Source of the DNA: Eledone cirrhosa
Lineage: Eukaryota
Direction of reading: 5' to 3'
NCBI GenBank assembly: GCA_964016885.1
Contig: OZ024746.1
Location: forward strand, 80,538,001-80,602,000
Length of the DNA stretch: 64,000 nt
The notes below the pieces were generated by a model, which saw only the letters and a program-made list of their open reading frames with translations, did not search any database and was not told where the DNA came from. The number at the start of each line of letters is the position of its first letter. Position 1 is the first letter of the stretch. Shown here piece after piece: positions 27,774 through 41,725 of the stretch. The position numbers were made by a program, and so were the translations under genes.

Positions 27774-27988
27774 ATTAGAGTTAATAAGTATTATAAATTT
27801 CAGCAGCTTGCCATAAATAATTGTGTAAATATTTACATAGCCGGATTAGGACGATAAATCCGATCCGATTGAACGAGAAAGGCGGATGGTGGGTTATACC
27901 GACTTGTTTTCTCGATTTAATTCATCTGATTCTATGTCAATTGGTTGAGATTATTTGCAATGTTATTGTTGTCTCCCTCCCTCCCACA

Positions 27989-28110
27989 GTGAAGGTGCGC
28001 CCTAGTGGTTAGGGTATTGGATTCATGATCATATGAGTCGTGAGATCGATTCCTGCACCGGGTGGTGCTTTGTTTTTTTATTGAACCAGGCGCTTTATTT
28101 CATATTACTA
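27989..28110 (+). mobile_element. SINE family B 5' part; other copies at 36371-36670(+), 53700-53976(-), 56470-56610(+), 32890-32968(-)
   Basis: GAAGG(T/C)GC(A/G)..GCCTAGTGGTTAGGGT head with B-box-like GATCGATTCC. Confidence 0.7.
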
Positions 28111-28382
28111 TTCATGACAGGAGTGGAGGAGCCCCTGTCATTAAAACACCCGAGAAACCTCCCATGCGATGCAACCTCATGGGAGGCCAGTTAAAATATA
28201 TATCATATATTAGGCGGGAGCTGTCTTTTTCTTCTCCCTCACTGCTTATAATATAAATATAGGTTACGATCCGTTCTGGTTGCTGCTCTTCATCCATCGT
28301 TATTGCTCCAGCAAAAAAAACCTTGTTTGTAATGAGCAGCTAGATAGTATACACATGTGTGTGTGTTTCTGCATTATACAGA

Positions 28383-28565
28383 TATATGGTAATTCTTCGT
28401 TTTAAGATCAGACAACTTCCGGTAATTTCCGTGAGTGAAAATGGCATTTTAAAATTATATAAATTGTAATCTACATTTTCGAAGTGTAGATATTACAATT
28501 GTTTTTAATTGTAATTTTTCACTCACGAAATTTGTCTGATAATAAAAACGAAACATTTCCCATAC
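28383..28565. repeat. ~180-bp imperfect fold-back palindrome (MITE-like)
   Basis: Nested complementary blocks TTCGTTTT..ATCAGACAA / TTGTCTGAT..AAAACGAA, CGTGAGTGAAAA / TTTTCACTCACG, AATTGTAAT-CTACA / TGTAG-ATATTACAATT. Confidence 0.8.
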
Positions 28566-30496
28566 ATGTGAAATTCGGTTATTTGTATAAATTTATATTC
28601 ATGTATACATACACTACAAAATGACATATAGTTGTATGTTCATTGACATATATATATATATATGTGTATGTGTGTGTGATATGCTAGGATTCACTATTTC
28701 TATGTAGCGGCTGTTCCATTGTTTATGTCCTACTACTATGTCTGCAATGAACAAAACACATTACATTCAGAGCCCCATTATTAAGATATCCTGTAAAAAA
28801 CCTTTCAAGCTTTATCTCTGTGGGACTTTTAAATCTTTTAAACAGTTTCTTTTGTTGTAAATATACTAAACATGCGTATTTCATATATAATATACAGATA
28901 TGTGTGTGTGTTTAAAACAACAGAATGAGTTGGAGGGAAATCCCTTAATGAAACCGTATATTTCGCTACTACAACACACTTCTTTCAGCTAATGGCTCTC
29001 GACGCCATTTATTTTCATCCCCGGCAACAATGACACATCCCGAGAATATGAGATTTCTGGTTGTTATTGTTATATTAATTATTTATTACTAATGATGTCT
29101 GGAGTTTTTCTATTTATTATTGGTAGTTAATGCTATATATTTTGTTGAATTATATAGATCCATCTATTCGCCAGCATCCCTAGTTTTACAAATTTTAAAG
29201 TGGCTTCCTTCCCCTAAGTGTGTTCGCAGATGGTCCTACTATTTCTTTCTTCAACAATCTATCTTTCCCCTAGTAATAAACCAAACTCCGTTGTCGTTCA
29301 TTCTTTTGTTTATGTATATTAACGTCATATATTTCATTTAATCGCTTTTTACAACGAACTTTAAAATTGCTCTTCAATTTTATTTGTCAAAGTAAAGCAT
29401 CTTAATTGATAGTTAATCAGTCTAGTATTTTGATGAATATTTATTTATTCATTATTCTACGTTCGCTGTTTATTCTTCCCATATGCCAAGTATACATAAA
29501 ATAACGTGCGGAAAATTGAACCTTGTATAGACTTCTGATCTTTTAACTGTTTCGGTAACTATGATAGATAGATTGTATTTGTGATATATATTAAATAAAT
29601 GTGTGGAAGTCTTTTGACAACCATTTATTTGTTTATATGTTCTTTGTTTGTATAATCTGAAGTGAGTCTATAAACACCCTGAAGTCGATTTTGTTGTTAA
29701 GGTATCTGTGGAGAATGACATTGTTACTAGAAATTATATTTGAATAATTTACTATCAGAAATGGACTGTTTTGTTTGTACCCGCGTTTACACACAAACAT
29801 GTATATATAGATATACACACAGAATGTATGTCTACACACACACACACTTGTGATCACAGTGGCGGCTGTATACAAAACTTCCCGTCTCTGTTTGAACAAG
29901 AAACAATTACAAAAGAATGAAGGTAGTTTTACAAGAAAGGAAAAGACCAGACTAAATAGGGGAAGGGGATATAGCTGAGAGGTCAAGTTGAGGCCACCAT
30001 AACTGCTTTTTCTTTTTACTCAGAATTCTCTGCCCTTTTAATATTAAATTTCATTGTTATAGAATAAAGTTCTATCATTTAAGGATTAGAAAAAAAAAAA
30101 TTAATTTCGACGTTTTGAATACTTAAATTAAACATAACTTTCTAGAAGTTAGAATCTTATTTAAGGATAGGAATATGTTATTAAAAAAATATAAATATTT
30201 TAGATGAAATCTTTATTTTGCCAAGCCAGGATTGTTTAAACTTTTGCAGATGGGAAAAACATTATGCAGTTTCTCATGGAGAAAATAAAATAAACCAAAA
30301 TTGATCTGAAATTTAAACACGTGTGATTTAAATGATGCTAATTGTTTTTTAAACATCAATAAAATCACAAGAAAAACACGCTAGTGATTTCACACGTACT
30401 GTCTAACCTTCTTTTTAGACTATACAGATCTACATATTTAAAATAACACCAAGCAATTTTATTTTGTGCTTTTGTGTGTGTGTGTGTATACATCTT

Positions 30497-30530
<34 letters not shown>

Positions 30531-30599
30531 CACGCACATAATTGGCAATGGGGTTGAGAGGCCTCTTCACCTGTGTCAAAGAATATATTAAAACTGTAT

Positions 30600-31552
30600 T
30601 CAAATACAGTATTTTTTACTGTGTGGATTTTATCCGGTGGAGTTTTGTCATGTCCCTCCCAAAAAGTAGGGAATCGCATGCAAAGTATTAGCGTCATCTG
30701 TCTAGCTTTCAAATAAATCTACAATTTAAATACTATACAAATAAAAAGTATTCAGAGTTGAATTACATGTGATATACAGTTGAAAAGGGGGAAAATAAAA
30801 TCTCACTCAATTTAAGAGTACATGGAGAAGCATTTTCAATTTATATTTGTCGAATATACAAATTTTTAAATTACCAAAATCCTATTTATGGACAATATAT
30901 TCAAAACATTAAAATATTTGTGTAAGAAACGGTTGAGTTTCAAATTTGAAATAGTTCCATTGAAATATTTTACATGAAAAGTGTATATTACACTTAATGT
31001 CCCCCCCCCCCCCCCCAAGCTAGCAAAGGTTGAACGGGTTGTCACAGACCAAGTCGGTACATAGGACCTCTCAGCCGGGCGGGGTGCTTCTCGCATATAC
31101 GTTCTCGCATATACGTTCTCGCATTCTATAAAATGCAAGAGCTGCATTTTATCGTGGCTTCTACTATTAAAAACTATGAATAGATTTGGTTTTATTTTTT
31201 ACTGTTTTTTTTTTTTTGTCTGGTAAGGGGTGAGAGGTCTTAAAAAAGTCATTGACCCATTTTAAACCCGAACTACTAATCAGGTATGATGAAACGTTGA
31301 TATACGGCGGGAAAGGTTACATTTTAAAGAGATATGGATAATAAACCCCTAGGACAAAATCCACACACCGTAAAACATAAATCAGTAAAAGATAGAACAA
31401 ATCCATTTTTAGTTTTTAATAACTAACATTACCTGATAATGAATAAACTAAAATAAATGTTCAAATTCTGTACCTTTTTTTTCCGTTTTGCTATGTGGGT
31501 TTTTTTGTCTAAGATAAGGAGCTTTGTCATAGGAGCTTTGACATGAACCCGA
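30600..31552. mobile_element. Probable DNA-transposon/MITE remnants with inverted TTTTAC(T/G)GTGTGGATTTT(A/G)TCC motifs
   Basis: ~30612-30635 is the reverse complement of ~31352-31375; GGAG(T/C)TTTGTCA subrepeats at ~30640 and ~31520. Confidence 0.45.
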
Positions 31553-33871
31553 TTAAATTTCTCTTTTCAAAGAGTTGGAGAATATTAAGAAAGTGTCTCG
31601 GGCCTTTTAAACTTCTGAACAGCTGAATGATGTTTTTTTTTTTTCCATTTAATGCTAAGTCAGTTGCCAACACAAATAGTAGATTAATCTTAAATAGTCT
31701 TTATTTTTATCTACTTGGACCAATTTAACCCAGATAATTTACTTATGTATTCTTTTTACTCAGTTGATTGGTAAACTTTTATCGGTATTCATTTTCTGTC
31801 ACTTCAGGGTATTTATATATATATATTTATATATATATATATATAGATAGATAAATGAGTAAGAGCAAATACTTTACTTTCCGATAAAAGAAGTCATTTT
31901 CAAACGGAAGGCACTTGACTTTCAGGGGAGGAATTAGGGAGTTGTCCAAACTGGGAAAGAATAGTGTACATTGTGTATATATCAAATGAAATATTAATAT
32001 ACCCAATTTTAGTGTACATTATGTAAATGCTAATATTCACATATTGTGATCATGAATTAACAGTTCATAAAAAAAATTAAATAAATGAAAATATTTGTTT
32101 AATAATTAACACTGTAAAAGTATAATTGAAGAAATTACTAGATGGCAATTCAAAATAGTGGGTGGAATTAAGGACACCTTGGATTGCAAGGGGAGAACCA
32201 TTGCGATAAAGAAAAGTCCACCAACTACCATATTTTTCATGCAACTGTCTTTTTAATGAACTGTCTAAGAGAGTATACTAGGTGGGATAGTTATAGATTA
32301 TTCAGTGTTATTTAGTGTATAAATTACACTGGAATCTAAAATACAGTGGCTCCATGTCCTTACCACCACCATGTCCCTACCACCACCACCACCATCTCTA
32401 CCACCACCACCATCTCTAATTTGACATAGGATGTCTGTAGAATTAAAGCTAGAAGAGATACACTGAGATAATGAATTTGGAAATGGAACACATACTATCA
32501 TATGTATGTCCATCAGGTGTGTGTGTGTGTGTAAACAGCAAGAGTTAGATGGGTTTTCGCAGAGCAAGTTAGTATTCAATCAGAACTACTGACCTCTCAA
32601 ATGGACTGGGGGCCTGTATCTCACTTATATACAATCCCATGCTCTACCGGCTGCATTTTATCATGACACCAGCACTAGGGAGGTGATGTCTTTGACACAA
32701 CAAAGTATCCTCATAACCCTTTATTTGGCAAGTTTTCTAGGGCTGGATGCCCTTCATATCACCAACCACAAACTTCCTGTGTTAAATAGGTTAGTCCTTC
32801 TTGAGTCTAATAAGCTCATGAGACCACAGCTTATCTCAGTACACACTTCGATGGATGCTGCTGCTGTTACTCATTTTAAGTGCCTATCCATCCAGGGATT
32901 GAACCCACAACCTTACGACTGAGATCCCAACACCCTAATCACTAGGTTGTACTCCTGTACTCCTTCACAATGAGTTGCAGAATTAAAATTGTAAATCCCA
33001 CTTGGGTTTTAATGTCATTCCCAATAGTAAAGGTAAAAAAAATTATGAAATATTAATTTGGTAATTTTTGTTTTTCATGTGAAAACACAAAGGAGTGTTT
33101 GGTACAATATTTTCATAGTTTTGCCCCCACCCCCTCTTTGAGAAAGAACAATGTTTTTTTTTTTATTGCTCTTTGTGGTTACTAGTGAAATTAATTACAA
33201 TGTATTTATTTGACATGTTGATTCAATGAGTCATGGCATAGGTTTTGAAGCTGATTCCTCCTCCTCCTCCTTCTGCTGTGTGAATCAAGAATTTCTGTGT
33301 AACACACTCGCAGCTTTGATCCTTCTTTCCTTCCTTCCCATAGTAATTATAGGAATATTGAGTGGGACTGAGTGTGTTTAATTAACTGTGCAAGCATAAT
33401 AAGCTGTTAAGTTATCATCTGTGAAGTTCTGTTATTTCATTCTTGCTATTTAGAACAACTGAGTACCACATATTTAACCCTTCTGTTACCATGTTTCTCA
33501 TGAAAGACACTGTTTATTAATTTTCAAATAATTTTGAAAATAATCAGAAATTTAAAGAGATTTAGTAACATAGCTAACTTTCTCATTAAATTGATGTATA
33601 GAACATAACTTGACAATAAAATTAAGGCGAAAGGTTTTTAGACAAATGTAAATCTTTTAAAACAACCAGTTTTGTCTCAGAAACAAGGGGTAGCTTCATA
33701 TCAAAATGGTTAGTGCTAATCTAACAAATATAGAATTTTCACTTGTATACAAAACTTTTGAAGTTTTGTCATATGTCAGTAAATTTAACTGGAACTAAAT
33801 TTCACTGATAATTATTTAAAAATATGAAATTAGTAGAATATGTAATATTGTATATTATTAATATATAGTAG

Positions 33872-34052
33872 GTGGATTGGCAGTATCGGTAGAGGGTCAG
33901 ATGCCATGCTTTCCAGCATAGTTACGTCCCTTAACGATCTGAGTTCAAATCCTGATGAGGTTGACTTTGCCTTTCATCCTTACGGGGTTGATAAAATAAA
34001 GTACCAGTAATGCACTGGGTAATTGCTGGCTTTGTGCCAAAAAGTAGAAACA
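33872..34052 (+). mobile_element. SINE family A (tRNA head, GCCTTTCATCCTTACGGGGT(C/T)GATAAAATAAAGTACCAG body resembling the Meta-SINE domain) with an 18-bp target site duplication
   Basis: ATTATTAATATATAGTAG at 33854-33871 and 34053-34070; B box GAGTTCAAATCC. Other copies: 36826-37135, 40480-40685, 41385-41490, 43597-43750, 44580-44910 (tandem), 55340-55510. Confidence 0.88.
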
Positions 34053-34755
34053 ATTATTAATATATAGTAGATTATATAGTATAATATAGATTATGTATAT
34101 CCATTTTTTTTTCCATTGTCTTTGTTTGTCCTATCCTTTTTTGAATTCATATCCTAATGACTTAGCCATGCGGGTTTTTTAAAAACTATCATATAATAGA
34201 CATCACACTGCCTGGCCTGTTTTCTCCTATTCTCCCGTCTTACTTTTTATATGCTTCAGTGTCCATCTTTGTCTCCATGTTGGACAACAGTCCTCTTCGG
34301 TTCTACTATTTTTCTGTTCAGTTTCTCTGTTCTGTTTCTCTATTCACTTTTAAATAATTTTAGACATTTTATTTCAGCCAAAAATTAATTAGGCTTAATG
34401 TGATGATATAATTAACCAAGCAATTTCAGTTTAAAAACTAATCTAGCTGTTAATGTCATCTCTGCATTTGTGTATTGTATCTTTTTTATTAAATGTTAGT
34501 TTTGTAGTTTATGGTTTAAGATGAGTAGATATAACAATGTATGTAATATATATATATATTTATATTTACTGAGATTACTCTGGTGGGAACTTGAATATGC
34601 GAAATAGAGAGTAGCAACAAAGAAATCTGTGATATTAAAGCACTTTTGTTTGTAAATCCAAACATTCAGATGTGTGTGCATTAAACCAATATCCTCAATT
34701 AGTACCATATACTCGCCTGTTTTATTATTTTTCTGTTCTATTGTTCACTATATGT

Positions 34756-34873
<118 letters not shown>

Positions 34874-35475
34874 GTTACTTGTTCTTTGTGTATGATTTGG
34901 GTCATAAAGAGCAGATGATTTTGTAGTCCTTCTCCCTTGAAGGCATCATGCATGTGTGTCTCATCAGAAAGTACCACATGAAAGACAGTGTCAGTACAAG
35001 AGTCGGGAGGCGGCAGCAGTGAAAGAAACAATATTTAAACTATATATTCTTCTTCAAGGTGTTGTCTTGCCTATCTATTATTAACTCCCACTGACTCCTA
35101 CACAAATAACAAATTACTGAAATCCTTCTGTCTTGAGGCTAACTGTACCACATACTGACTGAACTTTGACATACTGTGTGTTTGTATGTGTAAGAGACTA
35201 AAGGCAGATGGTCTGAAGATGTTGAAATGCTAAGGGTTTTTATTCTTGAAAGAAAATGTATAAATTTAATTAGAAGTTCTTTTAACAATTATTTTATTCT
35301 TTCCAGTCATTAGATAGCAGAGCTATGCTAGGTCACATCATCTTAAGATTTTAGTTGATCATACTTATTTTGTTTTTCAAGCCTGGTGCTTATTTTATTG
35401 ATCTGCTGTGTGTGTGTGTAATAATGGGTAGATTTCTGATGGGAGAGGAGGTCACAGTTTGAAAAAGGGACGTTA

Positions 35476-35548
35476 GAGTATAGGCATCTTTATTTTATAT
35501 AGAAATGACTTCTACAGGACTAGAACTGCTTCATTTGTATAAAATCAT
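35476..35548 (-). mobile_element. Truncated, degenerate copy of the hammerhead-bearing element seen at 51760 and 54500
   Basis: Reverse complement ATGA-TTTTATACAAAT-GAAG-CAG-TTCTAGTC-CTGTA-GAAGTCATTTCTATAT; the 5' CTG is missing and GAAA is changed to GAAG. Confidence 0.75.
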
Positions 35549-38500
35549 ATAAATGCAGACTTCCGTAGTTTCCGCCTACCAAATTTCACTCTCGAAGCTA
35601 TAGTAGATGCTTGCCCAAAGTCCCTGCCATGGGAGCAAGTGTATCTGAAATCACATGGTTCTGAAGCACTCTTTACCACACAGCTATGTCCGTGCCTATT
35701 AGTCAAAATATTTTAATATTTAATATTTTATTTTTCTTTCTGTTTCCCCTCTCTTTACCTCTCTATCTCCTTTTAATCCTTTCAATACCAACTCTGAAAC
35801 TGCCTCTGTTTCTATGATACAAAAACTAAAACTGTTTTAGAAAGTTCATATTTAAATTAAAACATTCCAACATAATTTTATGTTAAAACCTTTTGTTAAA
35901 TTGTTCCAAACACGAGGTTAATAATGATAGTTATTTTATTAAATGTCATCAAATTCTTGGTTATTTTCAAAACTAATTAAGTCATAGACAGTATGTATTT
36001 ATAAGAAATGTTATCACGAAGGGGTTACATTTGTTTTGTTTATTCATTGTCATTGATTTTATTATATTAAGTACAACCCTCTTCTATTTTATGGATGAAT
36101 GTATTATACTCATAGTTGTGCCAGGCCAACTTGGGTTTATAGAACATATCAGAAAAAGGCACATAGCCTATTACTTTTTCCTTGAAAAAGATATGCCCCT
36201 ATATAAAATTTGAAATTTCAACTAAGTGTAAAACTATATTTTACAATTTTAAACATTACATAGCTTACATATACTTCTATATATATATTAAGATTGTTTA
36301 TAGCATTTTCATTCTGTATAATGCTTTGTTGGCAGTGGGTGATTCAGATCAGTGTGTGTAGTACATAAGTGAAGATGCATGGCTTAGTGGTTATGATATT
36401 TGGCTCACAACTGTAAGGTCATTAGTTTGATTCCCGGTGATGTGTTGTGTCCTTCAGCTAGGCACTTTATTTCACGTTGCTCCAGTCTATGTAACAGGTA
36501 AAATTGAGTTGTCTGTAACTCAGAGCCAGCTTTCTCACACATTATTCTGCAATGCTGAATCTCCCTAAGAATTATATTGATATGTCTGTGGAATGCTCAG
36601 CTAGTTTTGTGAGCAACCGGTTCCACAGAGCACTGATCAAAACAACAGGTGTATGTCCAAGAACAAGTACACTGGTTATATCTTGCCTCACTACTATAAG
36701 TGCTATCCTCTTACTAATCAAACTTGTTGGTGGTAAGTTGGCAATCAAACTTGGTTGGTAAACCAATCTATTCTCAAGTGTTTCTATACTAGGATTAAAA
36801 ATACTAAGATAATTATTATTGTTAGGGTGGTGGATTGGCAGTATTGATGGAGCATTGGGCAATATGCTTTGTGATATAGTTACAGCCCTTTACATTCAGA
36901 GTTCAAATTCAACCTTATGGGGGTCGATAAAATAAAGTACCAGTAACGCACTAGGGTCGATTTAATCGAGTTCCCCTCGCCCCAAAATATTGTTGACCAT
37001 GTGCCTAAATCAGAAACCATTATTGTTATTAGAGGTGTGGATTTGAAGAATTGTTACAGTCTCCGACAAAATGCTTTATGGCATTTGTACCCTATGAGTT
37101 TAAATCTTGCCGAGGTCAACTTTGCCTTCCATTCTCCTCTGTGCACATGCACAGTACTTAACGTTAGAGAACAAACAGGGTCGCTGCTACTTTTAGGGCC
37201 AACTAGGCAGCTGTCTAAGATGTAGACCTCAGAGAGCTGCAATATTGCTAACTTTAAAAGGATCAGCTTTATACATATATTTGTATAATTGACCCATCCA
37301 TGCAAGAGTGGAAAAACGGATGATGTTGAATGTATAATAATTTCCTGTGATCTATAAATAAATCACTAAACATCTTTGCAGTATTGTGGAAATACATAAA
37401 GCGGTGAAGGTCATACAGTGTTGACTTATTACATGATTTTAGGTGGGTGAGCATGGACTTTTTTCGAATTGCCAAATTGCAAGTTGAAATTATGTAATTT
37501 GGGAGAAAGGGGGTGCACACTGTTGGGCTATCTAGCCTAGGGCATTAAATACCTAGGTGTTGAGAAGTAGCAAAGCTGAAGGTGTCAGATAAGTAACTGC
37601 CATGCCACTGGAGTTGTATTGGTGTATTTGGAAAGAGATTTAGTTGGAGGAGGAAGAGAGCCTTGTTTTCAGGTACCTGTGTGTGTCAAATAGCTCAAGT
37701 GTTTGTACTTGACATTAAAGAGATAGTCTTCATTGTTTTACTAAAGTAGCTCAAACAGTAACACTGTCAACTACTTACTTACAAGTCACATTTTACAATG
37801 ACCTACACTTGACAGAATTTTCTCTTCTTATTGTAAAAACAAAAAAACAAAAAAACCCTCCACTGCCAAACAGTTATTGCCTTGTTCATAACTTGTTCAC
37901 AGTTCCTGTAACTTAGGTGTATGTGTTTATATATGTATGAGTGCATGTGTTTACATATGTATACATGTGTGTTGTGTGTAGGTTTACATTTGTATACATG
38001 TGTATTGTGCCGGTTTATATATATATATATATATGTATACAAGTGTGTTGTGTAGGTGTGTGTGCTTGCATGCACACACACACACACACACACATATACA
38101 TATGTACAAATATGCATACAGACTAGAGGGTCATAATGGACATTTTTAAAGATTCACCTTTCATAACTTGCTAAAAATGCCTCTAACATTTAATTAGACA
38201 TTCTCTAGCATCATTCATTTTTTTTAACTTGACATTTTAGAAGAAATTTTCATCAAATCAGTATAATTTTTTTTTCTGCAAATTATTGAAAATATTCTGT
38301 TTTTCTGTGTTTAACAGATTTTAATGAAGAGACATTTTGAAAAGTTATGATTTAAAATATTTAGTGAGTTATCAGTCATAGTGTGATTTGAAGGCAGTTT
38401 GGTTGCTATTTCTAGCAGGTTTAGTGACTATAGGTTGATATAAAAATGTTGGGTAGCTATTCATTTTTAAAAAGTTGTATGAAATAGTGAGAATATAATT

Positions 38501-39469
38501 TTTGTTAAGTTTCAAAGTATTTTTTTTTTCTTTTGACTTCAACTAGTAGTAGTAAGTGGAACTAAATCCTCGTGTGAGATAACCATGAACATTTTAAGGT
38601 CTGAAACATCACCCTTTGTTAGATGAATTTTGTAAAATTCCATTACTTTAAAGTGTTTTCATAGTACACATTTGCTTTCATTGAGGTGAACTTTAACTAC
38701 AAAAGAATGACACTGAAGTATGAAATACCTCATGTATTGTGTGCTGAATACAAAAATTATAGTGTACATTTTATCTATCCTAAAATCAAAATGTCTATTT
38801 AACCTAAAATCATGTTTTATATATATATCCTAAAAGTATACATTCAATGTTTTCCACCTGAATATATAAAAGTGAGTGTATATATTTTTCAAGTTTTAGG
38901 CCAGAGGTTTGCACCTATGTACCTGAAATTATGCATGAGAGCACATCTTTTTAAGAAGGTTCATAGTCTGTTTGACTTTAGATGGTGATATTCCATATTA
39001 ATAAGACTTGTTTAATATAGTACAAGAACTGTGACTCTAAAAGTAGATGTGAGAAACTAAAGGCTAGTGTTTGGAAATCCAATGGTGTAGGGTTTGATAA
39101 AACTCTTCAGTCTGGCCAAGCATGTATGTGACAACCTCTCTAATGCTAGTGCCATGATAAAATACACCTGGTACACTCTGCAAAGTGATTGGCCATAAAG
39201 ACATCCAATCGTAGAAACCATGCCAAAATATGGAGCATATGAGCAAGATATAGTTAGATGACCATAACTTGGCTCAGACCGTGATGACTCATCTATTATA
39301 TGCCAGCATGGACAGCAGAATTAAAATATCTGAAAGAGTGTGTATATATATTCATCATCATTTTACATTCACTTTTCCATTGCTGGTAATAGTTGGATGG
39401 GATGTTTTGAGACAATATTTTTCCGTGTACCTTTTCTAAAACCTAAGATGTATGGCACTATATATATAT

Positions 39470-40036
39470 ATCATCATCATCATCATCATCGTTTAACGTC
39501 CATATTCCACGCTTGCATGGGTTTGGACGGGAGTTTTCCCACTTGAGGCAAGAGTGGTTGTCTTGCTCGCATAGGACTGTCTGGCGGGTTTTCTACGGCT
39601 GGATGCCCTTCCTAACACCAACCACATTTACAGTGTGGACTGGGAGGTTTTTACCGTGTTACCTACACGGCCACATTACAGCGTGGACTGTGTGTTTTTT
39701 TGTTGTGACACCTACACGACCTCATTTGTTTCGGTCTGGATGTTGTGGTACCAATATAACTTTACATTGAAAGGGGTGGTGTGGATGGGGTGGGGGTAGT
39801 GGGACGGGGGTGTATTTTGTTAGAGGTGCCTACTAACTGTAGTAGGTTTTACTTTGTATTTAGGTAAGGCGGGTCTTCTCTATTACTGTGTAGCGCCAAA
39901 GATCTCGGTCCAGTGACATTGTCTTGGAGAGGTGTAAGTGTGTGAGGTCGGAATTTATCAAGTCGTCCCAGGTTTTTCTGGGTCTGCCTACTCCGTGGCT
40001 ACCATCTATTTTTATTGCCCTGCACTTTTTTATATA
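39470..40036 (-). mobile_element. 5'-truncated RTE-clade LINE: ORF C-terminus (40036-39860), 3' UTR and (GAT)n tail
   Basis: Minus strand translates to YIKKCRAIKIDGSHGVGRPRKTWDDLINSDLTHLHLSKTMSLDRDLWRYTVIEKTRLT*, containing the GRPRKTW...DR..WR signature of RTE ORF ends. Confidence 0.9.
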
Positions 40037-41658
40037 TCATACCTAAACAGATATAACACCATATATATATATATATTCACATGTAGCTTTCTCTTGGCTA
40101 CTGACTTTGTAAATATAGTTGGAGGCAATGTTGAAAACTAACAATTTTTATTGCGTTTTGAGAACTAATCAGAAAAAAAACATGCTTTGAGTTAGAAACT
40201 TACCTAGCTTGATAGATAGAGTGGAAGAAAGTTGTGTTCTCACAGCACCATTTGTATTTATCTCTAATATGTTTGTAGTACAGGAATCTATTGTTAAACA
40301 CTAGTTCACAACATTTATTCATGTGATTTCTCACTGTATGTGTTTTCTCCCGTGTAATCCTATCACCTGAGGCAGTTTTAAATGAGGTATTTGGTTCTCT
40401 TTGGCTGAGCAAACAACTAGAATATATAACATATATGCCAAATTTCTATTACTATTATTATTACTATTACTTTCCTAAGGGCATTAGATTGGCAGAATTG
40501 TTAGAGCTTTGTACATTTTAGTTATAGCCCTTTACATTCTGAGTTCAAATCCTGCTGAAGTTGGCTTTGCCTTTTATCCGTCTGGAGGTGACAACATAAT
40601 GTATCAGTAAAATACTGGGGTCAGTATAATCGACTTTCACCTTCCTCAAAATCACTGGCCTTGTGCTTCTGTTAGAAACAATTATGTACTTTCCTAATGT
40701 TTTAGTTAAACTTTTTGTGATCATATTTCTTCAGCTGTGTCAACTATATAACAACCTCCTGAGTGCTGGTATCATTATAAAAACACATTCAGTAGTACAC
40801 TCTGTAGAGTATAGGAACATGTAAGCAAGCTGTACTAGTCTGAAAGGTCTGCGGCCCTAGCTAATTACTGTCTTTGTTTGTGACAACCTGTCCAACCCTT
40901 GTTAACAGGGAGGACATGTTAAATGATGATGATACCAACCCAGCCCAAACCTGTTCTGGTTCTATGAAACAACCCATGATTGTATCTGATTAGAAATATG
41001 GTCAAGGATGGATTAATGATTATTTCATTATTAAGATGACATTTGTAATTTAAATTAAAAAGTTCTGTTATAAAATTATGATGGAAGATTTTAATATAAA
41101 TTGGAGCCCTTTAATATTGGTGGCTTTTTTTCATAGAACCAGAGGTGGTTTTTGGCAATTTGGAATTAAAAGGGTTAAGCGATGACATTCCCACTTTCCA
41201 TTTTATGTAATATACGCTGTCATGACATGGGAAATTTTGTTACGCTATCTAATATATCCATTTTTTTAAAAGACAGTGGAGTGTGATCTGAGGAATATTT
41301 GATTGGTGTTTATCACAAGGTCAAGTAAGCATGTAAAGGATATTTGGTTATTTGTAATAGTGATTATATGCATGTGATGCCTTTTATTCCTGCCGAGGTT
41401 ACCTTTGCCGTTCATCCTTACGGGGGTCGATAAAATAAACCACCAGTAATGCACTGGGGTAATTGCTGGCCTTGTGCCAAAGCAATTATTAAAGGCTTTA
41501 ATACACTGGTTGGTTCTGCAAATCTGAGCATTTGTTGTAAAATATATGTATTTATTACCATCTAGTGTAAAATACCAATATATATATATATTGCTCTACA
41601 CTGTATTGGGTTTTCCCTCTTATTACTATGTTGATAACCATTACTATGTGTGTGTATA

Positions 41659-41725
<67 letters not shown>

